DNA of 64,000 bases from Prochlorococcus sp. AG-679-M23 (GTDB lineage: Bacteria > Cyanobacteriota > Cyanobacteriia > PCC-6307 > Cyanobiaceae): the NCBI GenBank assembly GCA_003208875.1, contig QCUR01000004.1, positions 64,001-128,000 of the forward strand, given 5' to 3'. Below, in pieces: positions 10,886-23,488 of this stretch. Below the pieces are notes generated by a model that saw only the letters and a program-made list of their open reading frames with translations, was not told the origin of the DNA and searched no databases. Position 1 is the first letter of the stretch. Each line of letters begins with the position of its first letter. The position numbers and the translations under genes were made by a program.

Positions 10886-11776
10886 TTGTCAGAATTAAAA
10901 GAGATCTTAACTAAAGACGGGAGTTTCACTCTAAGGAGTCATATTTTTCAAGAGAATTTTCATAGTCTAGAAGGAGCTCTAAAAGAAACTGAAATTAAGT
11001 TCATAAATCCCTCCGATTTAAAAAGATTTAACGATAAGTCTTTAAACGTTTTAGATATCTGCTTCGGTCTAGGATACAATTCAGCTTCATTATTTAATAA
11101 CCTTATTAGACAAAATTCTTTTATAAATTGGTACGCTTTAGAGATTGACAAAAAGCCTCTGAAGTATTCTTTAGAAAATAAATCATTTCAAAAGTTATGG
11201 CATCCAAAAGTTTTAAAAATATTTAAAGAATTATCAAAGAATTCTAAATATAAAGATCAATCTTTTGTATGTGATATTTTATGGGGCGATGCCAGAAAAA
11301 AAATAAAAAATATTCCTGCAAATATTAAATTCGATTTAATTTATTTAGATGGGTTTTCGCCTCAAAAATGTCCTCAAGTTTGGTCAGTTGAATTTCTATC
11401 AAAAGTGACTCAAAAACTTAATCCTCAAGGATATTTAATAACCTACTCTTGTTCAGCTGCGATAAGAAGAACATTAAAAGATTTTGGTTTGAACATTTTT
11501 AATATTAAGCCAAATTTAATCTCTAAAAATCTATGGAGTAACGGAACAATTGCGGTAAAAATTATTGACAAAAAAGCTATCCAAAATAATTTATATTTTA
11601 AAAATTTATCTTCGATGGAAGAGGAACATTTATTGACTAAAGCAAGTATCCCATATCGTGATCCTACTTTAAGTTCAAATAAAAAAGATATCATCCAAAA
11701 AAGAGTTCAAGAGCAATTGTTATCTAATCTAGAGACTTCAAAAAAATGGAGAGATAAATGGGGCATGACGAAATAG
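10886..11776 (+). CDS. MnmC/MnmD-family SAM-dependent methyltransferase
   Basis: DGSFTL...FHS, LDICFGLGYN, YLDGFSPQKCPQVW. Confidence 0.8.
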   Translation: MSELKEILTKDGSFTLRSHIFQENFHSLEGALKETEIKFINPSDLKRFNDKSLNVLDICFGLGYNSASLFNNLIRQNSFINWYALEIDKKPLKYSLENKSFQKLWHPKVLKIFKELSKNSKYKDQSFVCDILWGDARKKIKNIPANIKFDLIYLDGFSPQKCPQVWSVEFLSKVTQKLNPQGYLITYSCSAAIRRTLKDFGLNIFNIKPNLISKNLWSNGTIAVKIIDKKAIQNNLYFKNLSSMEEEHLLTKASIPYRDPTLSSNKKDIIQKRVQEQLLSNLETSKKWRDKWGMTK

Positions 11777-11816
11777 AACTTAAACAGTAAAATTTAGATA
11801 AATTATCTGAATAAAT

Positions 11817-13166
11817 ATGCTAACTGTTGCGATATTAGCTGCAGGTAAGGGTACTAGGATGGCGAGCACACTTCCAAAAGTATTACATAAATTATCTGGT
11901 AAAACTCTTCTTCAAAGAGTTATCAATTCTTGTAATGAATTAAAGCCAGATAAAATATTTATCATCGTTGGTCACAAATCAAAGGAGGTTGAAGATTCGG
12001 TACTTAAAAATAAAAACATTCACTTTATTGTTCAAAATCCTCAAAAAGGAACAGGACATGCTATTCAAGTTCTCTCTCAGCAAGTTAAAAAACATGACGG
12101 TAAATTAATGGTTCTTAATGGGGATGTGCCACTTATCAAAGCCGAAACTTTGAAAGGCCTTATCAAATATCATGAATCAAAAAAAGCCGATGTTTCCTTA
12201 ATAACTTCTAGAAAAAAAGATCCTCATGGATATGGAAGAGTATTTACTGAAAATAATTTAATTGAAAGGATAGTCGAAGAAAAAGATTGCAATAAACATG
12301 AACGTTCTAATTTATTGACGAATGCGGGAATTTACTGCTTTAGTTGGAAAAGTCTATCAAAGATAATTAATACTTTAAAAAGTAACAATAAACAAAAAGA
12401 AATCTATTTAACTGACACTATTGCCTTACTAAAAAATTCCTATAGCTTTGAAGTTGAAGACAATGGAGAACTTCAAGGAATTAATAATAGAGTTCAATTA
12501 TCAGAATGCGAAGAAACTATTCAAACCTTAATTAAAAAGAAACATATGCTTGGAGGAGTAACTATTATCAATCCAGCGAGTTGCACAATAAGTGAAGAGT
12601 CAATAATAGGTCTCGATGTAATAATCGAAGCAAATACTCATATAAGAGGAAATTCTAAAATTTCTAATAACTGTAAAATAGGCCCAAATTCTTTTATAAA
12701 AGATACGGTAATTCATGATAATTGCGAAATTATAAATTCAACGATTTTTAATTCCAAAATAATGGACCATGTAAAAATTGGTCCTTACAGTCAAATAAGA
12801 CCAAATTGTGAAATTTCTTCTCACAGCAAAATTGGAAATTTTGTTGAGATAAAAAATAGCAAATTAGATGAGGAAGTTAAGGTTAATCATCTTAGTTATA
12901 TTGGAGATTCTAAAGTTGGAAAATATACCAATATAGGAGCAGGAACTATTACAGCAAATTTTGATGGCGCCAAGAAATATCAAACAAATATTGGTAAAAA
13001 CTCTAGTATTGGAGCCAATACAGTTTTAATAGCGCCTATTAATCTTGGTGACTCAGTAACTACTGGAGCAGGCTCAGTGATTACTAAAGATTCTCAAAAT
13101 AATTCCTTAGCTATTGCGAGAAGCAAACAAGTAAATATTGAAAATTGGAAAAAAAACAAATCCTAA
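11817..13166 (+). CDS. glmU: Bifunctional UDP-GlcNAc pyrophosphorylase / glucosamine-1-P acetyltransferase
   Basis: [28 protein letters not shown], hexapeptide repeats. Confidence 0.97.
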   Translation: MLTVAILAAGKGTRMASTLPKVLHKLSGKTLLQRVINSCNELKPDKIFIIVGHKSKEVEDSVLKNKNIHFIVQNPQKGTGHAIQVLSQQVKKHDGKLMVLNGDVPLIKAETLKGLIKYHESKKADVSLITSRKKDPHGYGRVFTENNLIERIVEEKDCNKHERSNLLTNAGIYCFSWKSLSKIINTLKSNNKQKEIYLTDTIALLKNSYSFEVEDNGELQGINNRVQLSECEETIQTLIKKKHMLGGVTIINPASCTISEESIIGLDVIIEANTHIRGNSKISNNCKIGPNSFIKDTVIHDNCEIINSTIFNSKIMDHVKIGPYSQIRPNCEISSHSKIGNFVEIKNSKLDEEVKVNHLSYIGDSKVGKYTNIGAGTITANFDGAKKYQTNIGKNSSIGANTVLIAPINLGDSVTTGAGSVITKDSQNNSLAIARSKQVNIENWKKNKS

Positions 13167-13168
13167 AA

Positions 13169-14539
13169 TTAATCAATTGATTTAATAACTTTTTCAAGCT
13201 GCCAACAACGGCTACCTTTAATAAGGATGAAATCGCCCTTTTTTGTATATTTATTTATAGTTTCACCAACTTTGTTTATCTCATTAAGGAATAAAAATTT
13301 AGTACTATTTTTTAAATAATCTGCATAATAGATTTCTTCATTTTTATCACAAATAAAAATACATTTTTTTATGTCTGATCTATTTATTAAGTCAAAAAGA
13401 TACTTATGGTATTTTTTACTTTTATTACCTAATTCCTGCATACTACCAAAAATTAAAAAATGATTATTTGGATTATCTAATAAATTATCAATACATGCTT
13501 TTACTGATTCTGGAGAAGCGTTATAGGTTTCATCATATATAGTTGTTTTGGTTGATTTCAGGATTTTATTCCTTCCGTTTAAACTGACAAAATTAAATTT
13601 GTTAGTATTTTTGAATTCTATTCCTAACTCTTTTGCAACCGCATACACAAATAAAAAATTAAATGCATTGTGAAAACCTTGAAAAGATATTTCAAAGATT
13701 TTACCTTCTATGATTACAGAATTATTAGATCTATTAAAAAATCCTTGTAAATTACTTTTATTAATACTCCGAGCTTTTTGATTTCTATCTATTAGTTCTA
13801 CTTTAATAATTCTTCCATTCCAATTTTTTTTTAAAGTTTCCTCTAAAAGCAAATCATTTGCAGGAATAATTACAACGCCCTTTGGGTTTAAATGTTTAGT
13901 TATTTCGCATTTTGCATTAGTGATATTTTCTTTTGAGCCTAGTATTCCAATATGTGAGCTTCCAATATTTGTAATAACTGCGATATCAGGTTCAGAAAAT
14001 TTGGACAAATTTTCAATCTGCCCAAGGCCTCTCATTCCCATCTCAAGTATTAAAGTTTTATCTTTCAAGTCAGAATCAAGTATGGTGAGGCCTACCCCAA
14101 TTTCATTATTAAAATTTAACTGACTTAATTTAATTTTCCCTAATTGCTTTAAAACCTCTCCCATCATTTCTTTTGTAGTTGTTTTACCAACTGATCCTGT
14201 AATTCCTACAACAGGTATATTTAATTTTCTTCTTTTAAATAATGCTAATTTCTGAAAAGCCTCTAAAGTATCTGGAACGGTCCAAAAAGGGAACTTATTA
14301 GGTAATAAATTCTGCATCCCATCTTTAATTACAACAGCTTTTCCTCCTTTTTTTATAACCTCATTAAGAAAATTATGTCCATCAAAATTTGTACCTTTTA
14401 TAGCAATAAAAAGTTCGCAACTTAATATTGTACGACTATCTAGACTTATATTTTTAAAACTTTGAAATTGATTTGTAAGATTATCCCAATTTTTTATATT
14501 ACCTAAAATCTTATTAACATCAGGTACAGAAAAATCCAT
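13169..14539 (-). CDS. murF: UDP-MurNAc-tripeptide--D-Ala-D-Ala ligase
   Basis: LDSR, GITGSVGKTTTKEM, NNEIG, YNASPES, KGSR. Confidence 0.95.
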   Translation of the reverse strand: MDFSVPDVNKILGNIKNWDNLTNQFQSFKNISLDSRTILSCELFIAIKGTNFDGHNFLNEVIKKGGKAVVIKDGMQNLLPNKFPFWTVPDTLEAFQKLALFKRRKLNIPVVGITGSVGKTTTKEMMGEVLKQLGKIKLSQLNFNNEIGVGLTILDSDLKDKTLILEMGMRGLGQIENLSKFSEPDIAVITNIGSSHIGILGSKENITNAKCEITKHLNPKGVVIIPANDLLLEETLKKNWNGRIIKVELIDRNQKARSINKSNLQGFFNRSNNSVIIEGKIFEISFQGFHNAFNFLFVYAVAKELGIEFKNTNKFNFVSLNGRNKILKSTKTTIYDETYNASPESVKACIDNLLDNPNNHFLIFGSMQELGNKSKKYHKYLFDLINRSDIKKCIFICDKNEEIYYADYLKNSTKFLFLNEINKVGETINKYTKKGDFILIKGSRCWQLEKVIKSID

Positions 14540-14550
14540 TAAAACTTAGA

Positions 14551-16002
14551 TCACATTTTTTTAAGAGAAGGATCAGCAGATTGCCCATAAGAAAATTTTT
14601 CAATTTCAGCAATATCTGGAGATGGCGCCTTTATGCCACATACATCTTTATACATCGATTCATATTCTAATGCCGATCTCTGCCAACTAAATTCTTGACT
14701 CATAGCTCTGAGCTGTAATGATTTCCAACTTTCTTTATGCCTAAATGCCTCCCACGATCTTACTAGAGCAGTATAAAAGTCAATCGGTTCAAATCGATCA
14801 AAACAAAAACCTGTACCACTATTATTTTCTGGATCATGAGGCAAAACAGTATCAACCAAGCCTCCAACTCTTCTTACTATTGGAATTGATCCATATCTCA
14901 TAGCAAGTAATTGACTGATGCCGCAGGGTTCAAATCGGCTTGGCATTAAGAATGCATCAGATCCTCCATATATAAGTCTTGATAAAGAATCATCATAAGT
15001 AAGAAATACTGAAAATCTTCCAGGATAATCTAAGGCTAATTGCCATAATCCAGATTCTAAAGATCTATCGCCTGTACCTAGAATAGCAATTTGAGAATCT
15101 GTATATGCGAGTAATCTTCGGGAAACTTGCAAAACCAAATCAACACCTTTTTGGTCCACTAGCCTACTTACCATACCTAAAAGATATTTTTTACTATTGA
15201 CCTCAAGACCCATTTCTTTCTGAAGAATAATCTTATTTTCTGATCTACTTTCTAAATTTTTAATATTGAATTGTGCAGGTAACACTTTATCTTTATCAGG
15301 ATCCCATTCATTTAGATCAATCCCGTTGAGGATACCTCTTAATTTCCCAGAAATATAATTCAATAAGCCCTCAAGACTTTCTCCATACTCATGAGTTTTT
15401 ATCTCATCAGCATATGTTGGAGAAACTGCATTAACTCTATCTGCGTATAACATTGCAGCAGCCATTGTATGATCTCCATGCATATACCATGGACACCAGG
15501 TCATTTTTTCAAGCTTCCATCTCCATGGTCCTTGATATTTTAAATTATGTATCGTAAAAACAGTACTTACTTCAGGATCTTGATGCATCCATACTGGAAT
15601 CATACCCGTGTGCCAATCATGGCAATGTAGAACTTGGGGCTTCCAACAATTCCAGGAAAATTCAGCAGTAGCACTAGCAAAAAATGTAAATCGCCAATCT
15701 TCATCTTCTCCTCCATATATTTGGCCCGAATCAAAAGTTGGATGTCCAACTAGGTAGATTACGTAATTATGTATTGGATGGTTTGCTTCATACACAGAGA
15801 AATCATTTCCCATAGTATTTGCTCTAAATACTGGTTCGCTTGATACTTCTAGTAGATTCCATAATTTACCATAGCCAGGGATTATAACTCTTACATCGTG
15901 ACCAAGTTTTATCAATGAGGGTGGTAATGAACCAACTACATCTCCCATGCCCCCAACTTTGATCATTGGAGCGCATTCAGCAGCAGCAAGAAGAATTCTC
16001 AT
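14551..16002 (-). CDS. glgA: Glycogen synthase
   Basis: Start re-placed at [22 protein letters not shown] (ATG 16002); [16 protein letters not shown]. Confidence 0.96.
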   Translation of the reverse strand: MRILLAAAECAPMIKVGGMGDVVGSLPPSLIKLGHDVRVIIPGYGKLWNLLEVSSEPVFRANTMGNDFSVYEANHPIHNYVIYLVGHPTFDSGQIYGGEDEDWRFTFFASATAEFSWNCWKPQVLHCHDWHTGMIPVWMHQDPEVSTVFTIHNLKYQGPWRWKLEKMTWCPWYMHGDHTMAAAMLYADRVNAVSPTYADEIKTHEYGESLEGLLNYISGKLRGILNGIDLNEWDPDKDKVLPAQFNIKNLESRSENKIILQKEMGLEVNSKKYLLGMVSRLVDQKGVDLVLQVSRRLLAYTDSQIAILGTGDRSLESGLWQLALDYPGRFSVFLTYDDSLSRLIYGGSDAFLMPSRFEPCGISQLLAMRYGSIPIVRRVGGLVDTVLPHDPENNSGTGFCFDRFEPIDFYTALVRSWEAFRHKESWKSLQLRAMSQEFSWQRSALEYESMYKDVCGIKAPSPDIAEIEKFSYGQSADPSLKKM

Positions 16003-16045
16003 TAGATTATTTATTATAAAAAGTGCTTTTAAGAGTAAGAAGCTA

Positions 16046-16903
16046 TTAAGGAGTCCATCCGTAATCAGAAAAATCAGGTGGCCTTTTCTCAAGGAAGGCA
16101 TCTCTGCCCTCTTTTGCTTCATCCGTCGAATAAAATAACTGAGTTGTGTACCCAGATAATTCTTGAATACCTGCTATTCCATCACACTCAGCATTAAATG
16201 ACGCCTTAAGTATTCGAATAGCAGTTGGACTATTTCGTAGAATCTCTCTTGCCCAGATTACACCCTCAGCTTCTAATTCTTCAATCTTTGTAATCGCATT
16301 TACCAATCCCATTTCTAAGGCTTCTTTAGAATTATATTTTCTACACAAAAACCAAATTTCTCTTGCCTTTCTTTGTCCCACCAATCTTGCTAAATAGCTT
16401 GATCCAAATCCTGCATCAAAGCTCCCAACTCTAGGACCTGTTTGTCCAAATATTGCATTTTCAGACGCAATACTTAGATCACAAACAAGCTGTAGAACTT
16501 GCCCTCCCCCTATTGCGAAACCGGGCACTAAAGCTATAACCACTTTAGGTAAAGTTTTTATTAACCTTTGCAATTCCAATACATTTAGTCTTTGATTACC
16601 CTCATCATCTTCGTATCCATTTTGACCTCTAATACTTTGATCCCCTCCTGAACAAAACGAAAACACCCCTCTTTTATCTGGACCTGCACCTGTTAGAAGT
16701 ACAACTCCGATCTTCTCATCGTTTCTAACAAGATTGAAAGCATCTAACATCTCACAAATCGTTTTTGGACGAAATGCGTTTCTTTTCTCAGGTCGATTAA
16801 TTGCGATTCTTGCTATCCCATCTCCACTATTATGAAACAAGATATCTTCATAGGATTTCCATTCTGTCCAATTTGAGTTAGTTTTTCCAGGTAAAATTTT
16901 CAT
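16046..16903 (-). CDS. menB: 1,4-dihydroxy-2-naphthoyl-CoA synthase
   Basis: [22 protein letters not shown]. Confidence 0.96.
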   Translation of the reverse strand: MKILPGKTNSNWTEWKSYEDILFHNSGDGIARIAINRPEKRNAFRPKTICEMLDAFNLVRNDEKIGVVLLTGAGPDKRGVFSFCSGGDQSIRGQNGYEDDEGNQRLNVLELQRLIKTLPKVVIALVPGFAIGGGQVLQLVCDLSIASENAIFGQTGPRVGSFDAGFGSSYLARLVGQRKAREIWFLCRKYNSKEALEMGLVNAITKIEELEAEGVIWAREILRNSPTAIRILKASFNAECDGIAGIQELSGYTTQLFYSTDEAKEGRDAFLEKRPPDFSDYGWTP

Positions 16904-16933
16904 AGATTTAGATAGTTTGAAAAAGTAAATTCA

Positions 16934-18700
16934 TTAACTTGTGAGAATTTTTTTTAAGATTAAATTTCTTCCTTTCATTTCATTTTCAACATTAATATCG
17001 ACTTTAATTATTACTGATTTTTGCATAGAAAGGCTCCATTCAAAAGCTTCTCTTAATTTATTCAAATCTGAAACATTTTTAATTGGTACTTGATAACCTT
17101 TTGCTAGGTTTTCCCAATTTATAGATTTAGGCATTATGAAAAGTTTCTTTAATTCCTCTTCTTCTAAATTATATTTATATAAATTATTAAATATATTTCC
17201 ACCATTATTGTTGATTAATAAGATAGTTAAATTTAATTCAATTGCATTTTCAATGAGGAACCCATTGATATCATGAATTAATGCCAAATCTCCAGTTACC
17301 AGAAGTACAGGTTTAGTTATTCTTGCAATACCTAAAGCAAGTGATAAAGTTCCATCTATACCTGAAGCCCCTCTGAAGCTAAAACATTCCCTTGTTAAAG
17401 TCGCATTTTCAGAGAATGTTAGCCAATCTCTAATAGGACTGCTAGCTGAGAGCATAATAGGATAATTTTCTGGCCAAATTTTTGGTACAAAATTTGCAAG
17501 TTTATATTCTGTTATTTCAGTATTTGAAAATAGTTGTTCTTTTAAAATTTCTCTTATTTTTGCCCCTTCTTTGATTAAGATTTTTCCCAAATTGATTAAA
17601 GGTTTACTCTTGTTTTTATCATTTGAAAATGCTCCTAAAAGTTGGTTAACAAAATTTCTTATTCCAAAATCATATTCTAAAGATTTTTTTATAGGATCTA
17701 GTTTTCTTATATTATTTTCTTTTACAAGAATTTGTAACCCTTCAAAATTTAATAAAAAATCCTCTAAATCATTAGAAGACGAAAGAGGACCAAGCCTCAA
17801 GATCTGATCACATTGAATAATATTTTTATTTGTTTTAAGAATTAATTCCCAATTTTCAACTAAACCTCTCAATTCAGCTGAAACGCCTGAAACAGGATCA
17901 ACAAGAACAGGCCATCCTGTAATTTCTTGTAATTTTTTTAAAGCACTATTAAAAGAATCCAAATCTTTAGTAGAACCCTGATATGGGCCAACAATAATAA
18001 TTCCAGGATTAGACAGATTTATCCTTTTAAAAAATTTTTCAGAAAATTTAATATTTTTGTTCTGATTATCATGTTTTAAGAATTGATAGGTTTTATTTAA
18101 ATAAAATCTTTCAAAAACCTCGAAATTCTTTTTTTTATTATTCAAAGATATATCTAAAGGTTTTTCAAATGGAATATTTAAATGAATAGGTCCAGGCGAT
18201 TGGAGTATTTGTTTTTTTATAGTTTTTACTATTTTCAAAATGTCATCATCATTATTTTCATGAATTCCATTTAAATTAGTACTCAAATTACTTCTACAAA
18301 CTGAATTCAAAAATTCCTCTTGATTTACTGTTTGATTAGAACCACAATTTTTTAACCTTGAAGGTCTATCAGCTGTTATAAATACAATTGATTTACATGA
18401 TTTATCTGCTTCAATGGCCGCAGGCAATAAATTACCAACTGCAGTTCCAGATGTCGTAACAACTAATGAAACATCTCCAGATGCAGTAGAAATTCCAAGT
18501 GAATGAAACCCAGCAGATCTCTCGTCTATGGAATTAAATACATTTAAGATCCTACGTTTATTTAACTCTCCTGCGGCTATTGCTAAAGGAGCTGATCTAC
18601 TGCCTGGACATAAAATTAAATTTTTAACCCCTATTTTTGTAAAAAGATCTAAAAGTTGTAAACTTCTAAAGAAATTTTGGCATTCTATAGATGATGTCAT
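16934..18700 (-). CDS. menD: SEPHCHC synthase
   Basis: [33 protein letters not shown]...NNNGG. Confidence 0.95.
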   Translation of the reverse strand: MTSSIECQNFFRSLQLLDLFTKIGVKNLILCPGSRSAPLAIAAGELNKRRILNVFNSIDERSAGFHSLGISTASGDVSLVVTTSGTAVGNLLPAAIEADKSCKSIVFITADRPSRLKNCGSNQTVNQEEFLNSVCRSNLSTNLNGIHENNDDDILKIVKTIKKQILQSPGPIHLNIPFEKPLDISLNNKKKNFEVFERFYLNKTYQFLKHDNQNKNIKFSEKFFKRINLSNPGIIIVGPYQGSTKDLDSFNSALKKLQEITGWPVLVDPVSGVSAELRGLVENWELILKTNKNIIQCDQILRLGPLSSSNDLEDFLLNFEGLQILVKENNIRKLDPIKKSLEYDFGIRNFVNQLLGAFSNDKNKSKPLINLGKILIKEGAKIREILKEQLFSNTEITEYKLANFVPKIWPENYPIMLSASSPIRDWLTFSENATLTRECFSFRGASGIDGTLSLALGIARITKPVLLVTGDLALIHDINGFLIENAIELNLTILLINNNGGNIFNNLYKYNLEEEELKKLFIMPKSINWENLAKGYQVPIKNVSDLNKLREAFEWSLSMQKSVIIKVDINVENEMKGRNLILKKILTS

Positions 18701-18751
18701 AATTTATATAAATACTTTAGAAATTCCTTTTTACAAATAAATAATTAAACA

Positions 18752-19336
18752 ATGCAAAATCCAGAAGGGAAAAAAAGTTCAATAATAAATGATTTTAAAA
18801 ATCTTTTTATTTGGATAATAATTGCTTTAATTATACGATGGCAAGTAATCGAACCAAGGTGGATTCCCTCAGGATCTATGCTCCCGACCCTTCAAATCCA
18901 AGACAAAATATTAGTTGAAAAGTTAACTCCAAAAATCACTTCTAAATCAAACTTATCTAAATTAAAAAATAAAATCATTGTTTTTAATGTTCCAGAACAA
19001 TTAATTGAAGCTGGGTATGAATCAGATATTGCGTTAATCAAAAGGGTAATTGGGGTCCCTGGAGACAAAATAGAAGTAAAAGAAGGTAATTTATATTTAA
19101 ATGATATTGCTCAAAATAATTATATTTCTGATAAGAACATCAACTATTCAATAGGTCCATATTATGTTCCTGAGAAATCACTATGGGTAATGGGAGATAA
19201 CAGAAATAACAGTATGGATTCACATATATGGGGATTTCTTCCTTATGAAAAAGTAATAGGAAAGGCTATTTTTAGATATTGGCCATTAAATAAAATTGGG
19301 CCTATTCGGTTCCCTGGTCTTAATAATGTAGGTTAA
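18752..19336 (+). CDS. lepB: Signal peptidase I
   Basis: IPSGSMLPTL, IKRVIGVPGD, MGDNRNNSMDS. Confidence 0.95.
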   Translation: MQNPEGKKSSIINDFKNLFIWIIIALIIRWQVIEPRWIPSGSMLPTLQIQDKILVEKLTPKITSKSNLSKLKNKIIVFNVPEQLIEAGYESDIALIKRVIGVPGDKIEVKEGNLYLNDIAQNNYISDKNINYSIGPYYVPEKSLWVMGDNRNNSMDSHIWGFLPYEKVIGKAIFRYWPLNKIGPIRFPGLNNVG

Positions 19337-19381
19337 AGGGTTCATGGTGTTGTAGGGTTTTTATAAGTTGAAGATGCATAA

Positions 19382-19720
19382 ATGTTCAATCCTGAATTTC
19401 TAGCTACTGAAAATAATGATCCAAATGATGAGAATGATTTGATTCAATACCTACAAAAACAGTCTCCAGAAGTTTTGCAGAGAGTAGCCAAATCGGCTAG
19501 TGAAGATATTCAAGAAATAATAAGGCACAATGTTCAAGGTCTCCTAGGGATGTTGCCATCTGATCAATTTGATGTAAAAATAACATCTTCAAAAGATAAT
19601 ATCGCTAATTTACTTTCTTCTGCAATGATGACAGGATATTTCTTGAGACAAATGGAGCAAAGGAAAGAGCTTGAACAATCACTAAAAAGTGATGAAGAAA
19701 TGTCCATTGAGGAAGAGTAA
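19382..19720 (+). CDS. DUF760 domain protein
   Basis: NDLIQYLQ...HNVQGLLGMLP...SAMMTGYFLRQMEQR. Confidence 0.85.
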   Translation: MFNPEFLATENNDPNDENDLIQYLQKQSPEVLQRVAKSASEDIQEIIRHNVQGLLGMLPSDQFDVKITSSKDNIANLLSSAMMTGYFLRQMEQRKELEQSLKSDEEMSIEEE

Positions 19721-19724
19721 ATCT

Positions 19725-20891
19725 CTAAACATTTACTTTTTTTGGAATTATCCCTAATTCAAATAATTTTTTATATAAATTAACAAGGAATTTATTATCA
19801 TCTGGTAATTTATTCCATTTATCTGAATTAATTTCATCTATTAAATTCTGACAATTTTCTTCTTTGAAATTAATAGGGGCAGAATAATGAGCTGATATCA
19901 AATATTCCATGTTTTCATAAGTTTTAATTTTTTCTAGCCATCCAAGAAGTACTTGTTTTGATCTAGGAAATATTAAATTTTGCAAAACAGGAGCAATCTG
20001 AATTTTTGGAACATTTTCACCCATTATTTCAACCAAAGATGATTCCCAATCTTCATCCCATAAAAAAGGGTAAATTCCAAAATGTGATTTCTTATTTCGA
20101 AGACCTTCTTTAAAAGAGTATTTGATAATTTGTTTCAGAGAGGGAATATTTAATTTTCCTGGTTTTAAAAAGGATGAAAATAATACAATTCTTGCCCAAC
20201 CTTTTTTTCTAGATTCAACGTTATCAAGAATAGGTTCATCGCCTCTATCTCTCGAATGAAATAATAAAGGGGTTGGGTCGAAGTCAAATATTTCTGGAGG
20301 CGTTGATTCGATGCCAACTATTGCGTCTGTAACATGTAGTGTCCTTGTTGAAAGATGAAAACAACTCACCTCCTGGTATGTTCCAAGTCCTAAATTTAAA
20401 GGCCCTAATGAAGACCATTTAAAACATTCTTTATAAGGAGTTCCATCTTTAAAAAGTATCTTTGTCCGCTTCGACGGGATTCCAAGAAAATCTAAAGGAA
20501 GATTAATAGGAAAACTCCATTGGCCAGGACATAACCAAATCTCAGCATCCTTGAAAACTCTAACTAATGCTGGCAATCCAATTTTATGTTCTAATCCAGA
20601 AGCACTAGGGAGCACAATTGTTTTTACTTTTCCATAAATGGAAATTAATTCTTCTAATGCATTTACAAGTTCCTTCGTAGGGGGTAAAGGGTTAATTAGC
20701 ATTAGTCCATTATTAACCTTAATTATTGTCATTCTGATTGGCACTGCAACATAATATAAACCCTGAATCTGTTCCAAGGACCATATTTCGTTAGGAATTA
20801 TTTCTCTAAGAATAGTTTTCTTTTTTCCATACGGATATAGGGGAAATAAAGGCCACCAATTCCAACTTTTATTATTTAGGTAATTTTCCAT
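19725..20891 (-). CDS. DUF4336 domain protein (metallo-beta-lactamase-like fold)
   Basis: WPLFPLYPYG, PIRMT, GLEHK, PGQWSFP, TLHVTD. Confidence 0.8.
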   Translation of the reverse strand: MENYLNNKSWNWWPLFPLYPYGKKKTILREIIPNEIWSLEQIQGLYYVAVPIRMTIIKVNNGLMLINPLPPTKELVNALEELISIYGKVKTIVLPSASGLEHKIGLPALVRVFKDAEIWLCPGQWSFPINLPLDFLGIPSKRTKILFKDGTPYKECFKWSSLGPLNLGLGTYQEVSCFHLSTRTLHVTDAIVGIESTPPEIFDFDPTPLLFHSRDRGDEPILDNVESRKKGWARIVLFSSFLKPGKLNIPSLKQIIKYSFKEGLRNKKSHFGIYPFLWDEDWESSLVEIMGENVPKIQIAPVLQNLIFPRSKQVLLGWLEKIKTYENMEYLISAHYSAPINFKEENCQNLIDEINSDKWNKLPDDNKFLVNLYKKLFELGIIPKKVNV

Positions 20892-20897
20892 TTTTCA

Positions 20898-21770
20898 CTA
20901 ATAACTAGAAAATAATTTTTTAAATTTAAATATCCCGTATCTTGGAGCAAATAAAAAAGCAAATAAAAATATAAACGTTTGAACTAATACAATTGAGCCG
21001 CCAGTTTCAAGATCAAACCAAAAGCTAAAATAAATACCAAATACACTTGAAATGATTGCACTAATTACTGAAATGATGGTCATATTATCAAACTTATCTG
21101 TTAATAAATATGCCGTTGCACCAGGAGTAATCAGCATTGCAACAACCAGAACTATTCCAACAGATTGTAATCCAACTACAGCCGCTAAAGACAAGCATGT
21201 AAGTAATAAATAATGAAGAAATAAGACATTAATTCCTACTGTTTTTGCGTGTCTTGGATCAAAACAATAAAGTATTAAGTCTTTCCTAAAAACTGACAAT
21301 AGAATTACCACTAATAGAGAAATAAATACCGTCTGTTTTACATCTGAGAGAGAAATCCCTAGAGGGCTACCAAAAAGAATTGAGTGAAGATCAATATTAC
21401 TTTTAATCTTTGAAACTAAAACTATTCCAAGAGCAAAAAATCCTGTGAAAACCAAGCCAATTACGGTATCTTCTTTAACTCTGGATTTTTGTTTAACAAA
21501 GCCTATTAAAGCTACAGAACCCACTCCAAAAATGAAAGCCCCAAGCGAGAAAGGAAGTCCCAAAGCATAAGCCACAACAACACCAGGCATTACAGAGTGA
21601 GATACCGCATCTCCCATTAAAGCCCAACCTTTAAGTGTTAAATAACTAGATAAAAATCCACAAACAGCTGCTACTAATGAGCTCATCAATAGAGCTTTTC
21701 TCATAAATTCATGAGATAAAGGATCTGCAACAAAAGAAGTTAAGTTTGTAGATAAAAAGCATAGATCCAT
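20898..21770 (-). CDS. mntB: Mn/Zn/Fe ABC transporter permease
   Basis: LMGDAVSH, multiple TM helices, AMLITPGATA. Confidence 0.88.
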   Translation of the reverse strand: MDLCFLSTNLTSFVADPLSHEFMRKALLMSSLVAAVCGFLSSYLTLKGWALMGDAVSHSVMPGVVVAYALGLPFSLGAFIFGVGSVALIGFVKQKSRVKEDTVIGLVFTGFFALGIVLVSKIKSNIDLHSILFGSPLGISLSDVKQTVFISLLVVILLSVFRKDLILYCFDPRHAKTVGINVLFLHYLLLTCLSLAAVVGLQSVGIVLVVAMLITPGATAYLLTDKFDNMTIISVISAIISSVFGIYFSFWFDLETGGSIVLVQTFIFLFAFLFAPRYGIFKFKKLFSSY

Positions 21771-21781
21771 AAAACTAGATT

Positions 21782-22546
21782 TTAAGATTCAGGTCCAAAC
21801 AAGACATCTGGCGACATCCCTCCAAAAGTACTTGTAATATTTTCTGGGGTAAATACTTCCGAAGTCTCTCCATATGCAACAACTGTCTTATTTATTAAAA
21901 TAACTAAATCACAAAATTCACGAACATGAATCATATCATGAGTAGATATCAAAATTGTTTTCCCCTCATTTTTAAATTGAATAAATAATTCTGAGATAAG
22001 TTTCTCAGTTCTAATATCAACTCCCGCAAAGGGTTCATCAAGTAATAGTATTGATGCCCGTTGTGCAATAGCTCTTGCTAAAAAAGTTCTTTTCCTTTGT
22101 CCCCCAGATAAATTGCCAATTGGGGTAGATGAAAATTCCATAAGATCAACTCTTTCTATAGCATCCTTAACAGCTTGAATATCTGATTCTCTTGGCGATC
22201 TCAGAATATTCATTGACCCATATCGACCCATCATTACAACATCCCATACACTTACTGGAAATTGACTATCAATTCCTTCACTTTGAGGAACATATGCAAT
22301 TGACTGTTCTTGTTGAGCAATTCTTAAAGACTCACCATTTATTCTTATTTTACCTTTTGAGATATTTACAAAACCAGTTAAGGCATTAAAAAAAGTTGTT
22401 TTCCCCGCACCATTCATTCCTACTAATCCACAAATTTGTCCAGCCTTTAATCTTAAATTCGCATCATATAAAGCAACTTTTCCGTGATAATCAACACAGA
22501 TATTTTCTGCCTCAATTCTATAACTTTTATAATTAAGTTCATCCAT
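21782..22546 (-). CDS. mntA: Metal ABC transporter ATP-binding protein
   Basis: GMNGAGKT, LSGGQRKR, LLLDEP. Confidence 0.88.
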   Translation of the reverse strand: MDELNYKSYRIEAENICVDYHGKVALYDANLRLKAGQICGLVGMNGAGKTTFFNALTGFVNISKGKIRINGESLRIAQQEQSIAYVPQSEGIDSQFPVSVWDVVMMGRYGSMNILRSPRESDIQAVKDAIERVDLMEFSSTPIGNLSGGQRKRTFLARAIAQRASILLLDEPFAGVDIRTEKLISELFIQFKNEGKTILISTHDMIHVREFCDLVILINKTVVAYGETSEVFTPENITSTFGGMSPDVLFGPES

Positions 22547-22550
22547 ATTT

Positions 22551-23453
22551 TTAATTGAGGCCTTTTTTAATAAGAGTCAAATTATGTTCAAGCATTTTTA
22601 AATAAGTATTAGCACTCTTATTATCTTGAGAAAGGGAATCAACAAAAAGATCTCCCCCAAACTTTGCTCCTGTTTCACTGGCAACAACCATTTGTGATTC
22701 ATTACTTACAGTGCTTTCACAAAAGACCGATGGGATATTTTTATTTTTTACCAAAGAAATTGTTCTTGCCATTCTTTTCGGTGTAATTTGACTCTCAGCA
22801 TTAACTGGCCATAAATAAGCTTCTTTTAATCCGTAATCATTTGTGAGATAAGAAAATGCTCCTTCACAAGTTACTAGATACCTATTATTTTTCTCAAGAT
22901 TATTAATAAAAAGTGAAAAATCTTTATCTATTTTAGCGATTTTATTCTTGTAGATTCGTCCGTTATTCTTAAATGATTCTGCTTCCGATGGCTTAAATTC
23001 TGATAAAGAATCAACGATAACATCTACATAAATCATTCCCCTTTTAGGAGAAATCCACGCATGAGGATTAGGTTTACCTTTATAGAAATCTTCACTTATA
23101 AAAATCGGTTCTAATTTATTTGAAATAGTTACTCTCTTAATTTGTAAGTTTGAAACAAATTTCTCAGCCCACAATTCAAATCCAAATCCATTATCAATAA
23201 AAACAAAGGCTTTGGAAGCTTTTATAAGATCACTTGGAGTTGGCTGATAACCATGAACTTCAACTCCTGGTTTAGTAATTGATTTAACAACAAACTCCTC
23301 TTTAGCAACATTTTCAATAATATCTGCCAGGACTGTAAAACTTGCCAAAATTACTTCTTTGTTAGTTTCATTTTCAAACACAGTCCTTTTGCAAGAATTT
23401 GCAGTAAGAAATATTAGAAAAGAAAAGACAAAGAGTAATAACTTTTTTTTCAT
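22551..23453 (-). CDS. mntC: Metal (Mn-type) ABC transporter substrate-binding lipoprotein
   Basis: Start re-placed at MKKKLLLF (23453), lipobox-like TANSC; His-His-Glu-Asp ligands (EVHGY, NPHAW, CEGAF, VDSL); no ZnuA His-rich loop. Confidence 0.88.
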   Translation of the reverse strand: MKKKLLLFVFSFLIFLTANSCKRTVFENETNKEVILASFTVLADIIENVAKEEFVVKSITKPGVEVHGYQPTPSDLIKASKAFVFIDNGFGFELWAEKFVSNLQIKRVTISNKLEPIFISEDFYKGKPNPHAWISPKRGMIYVDVIVDSLSEFKPSEAESFKNNGRIYKNKIAKIDKDFSLFINNLEKNNRYLVTCEGAFSYLTNDYGLKEAYLWPVNAESQITPKRMARTISLVKNKNIPSVFCESTVSNESQMVVASETGAKFGGDLFVDSLSQDNKSANTYLKMLEHNLTLIKKGLN

Positions 23454-23488
23454 AATTTTCTTTACGACAAGTTTAATTTTTGGAATTA

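Noticed and set aside
16003..16122. N-terminal extension of glgA overlapping menB
   Set aside because: The family N-terminus starts at ATG 16002; the extension is an open-frame artefact.
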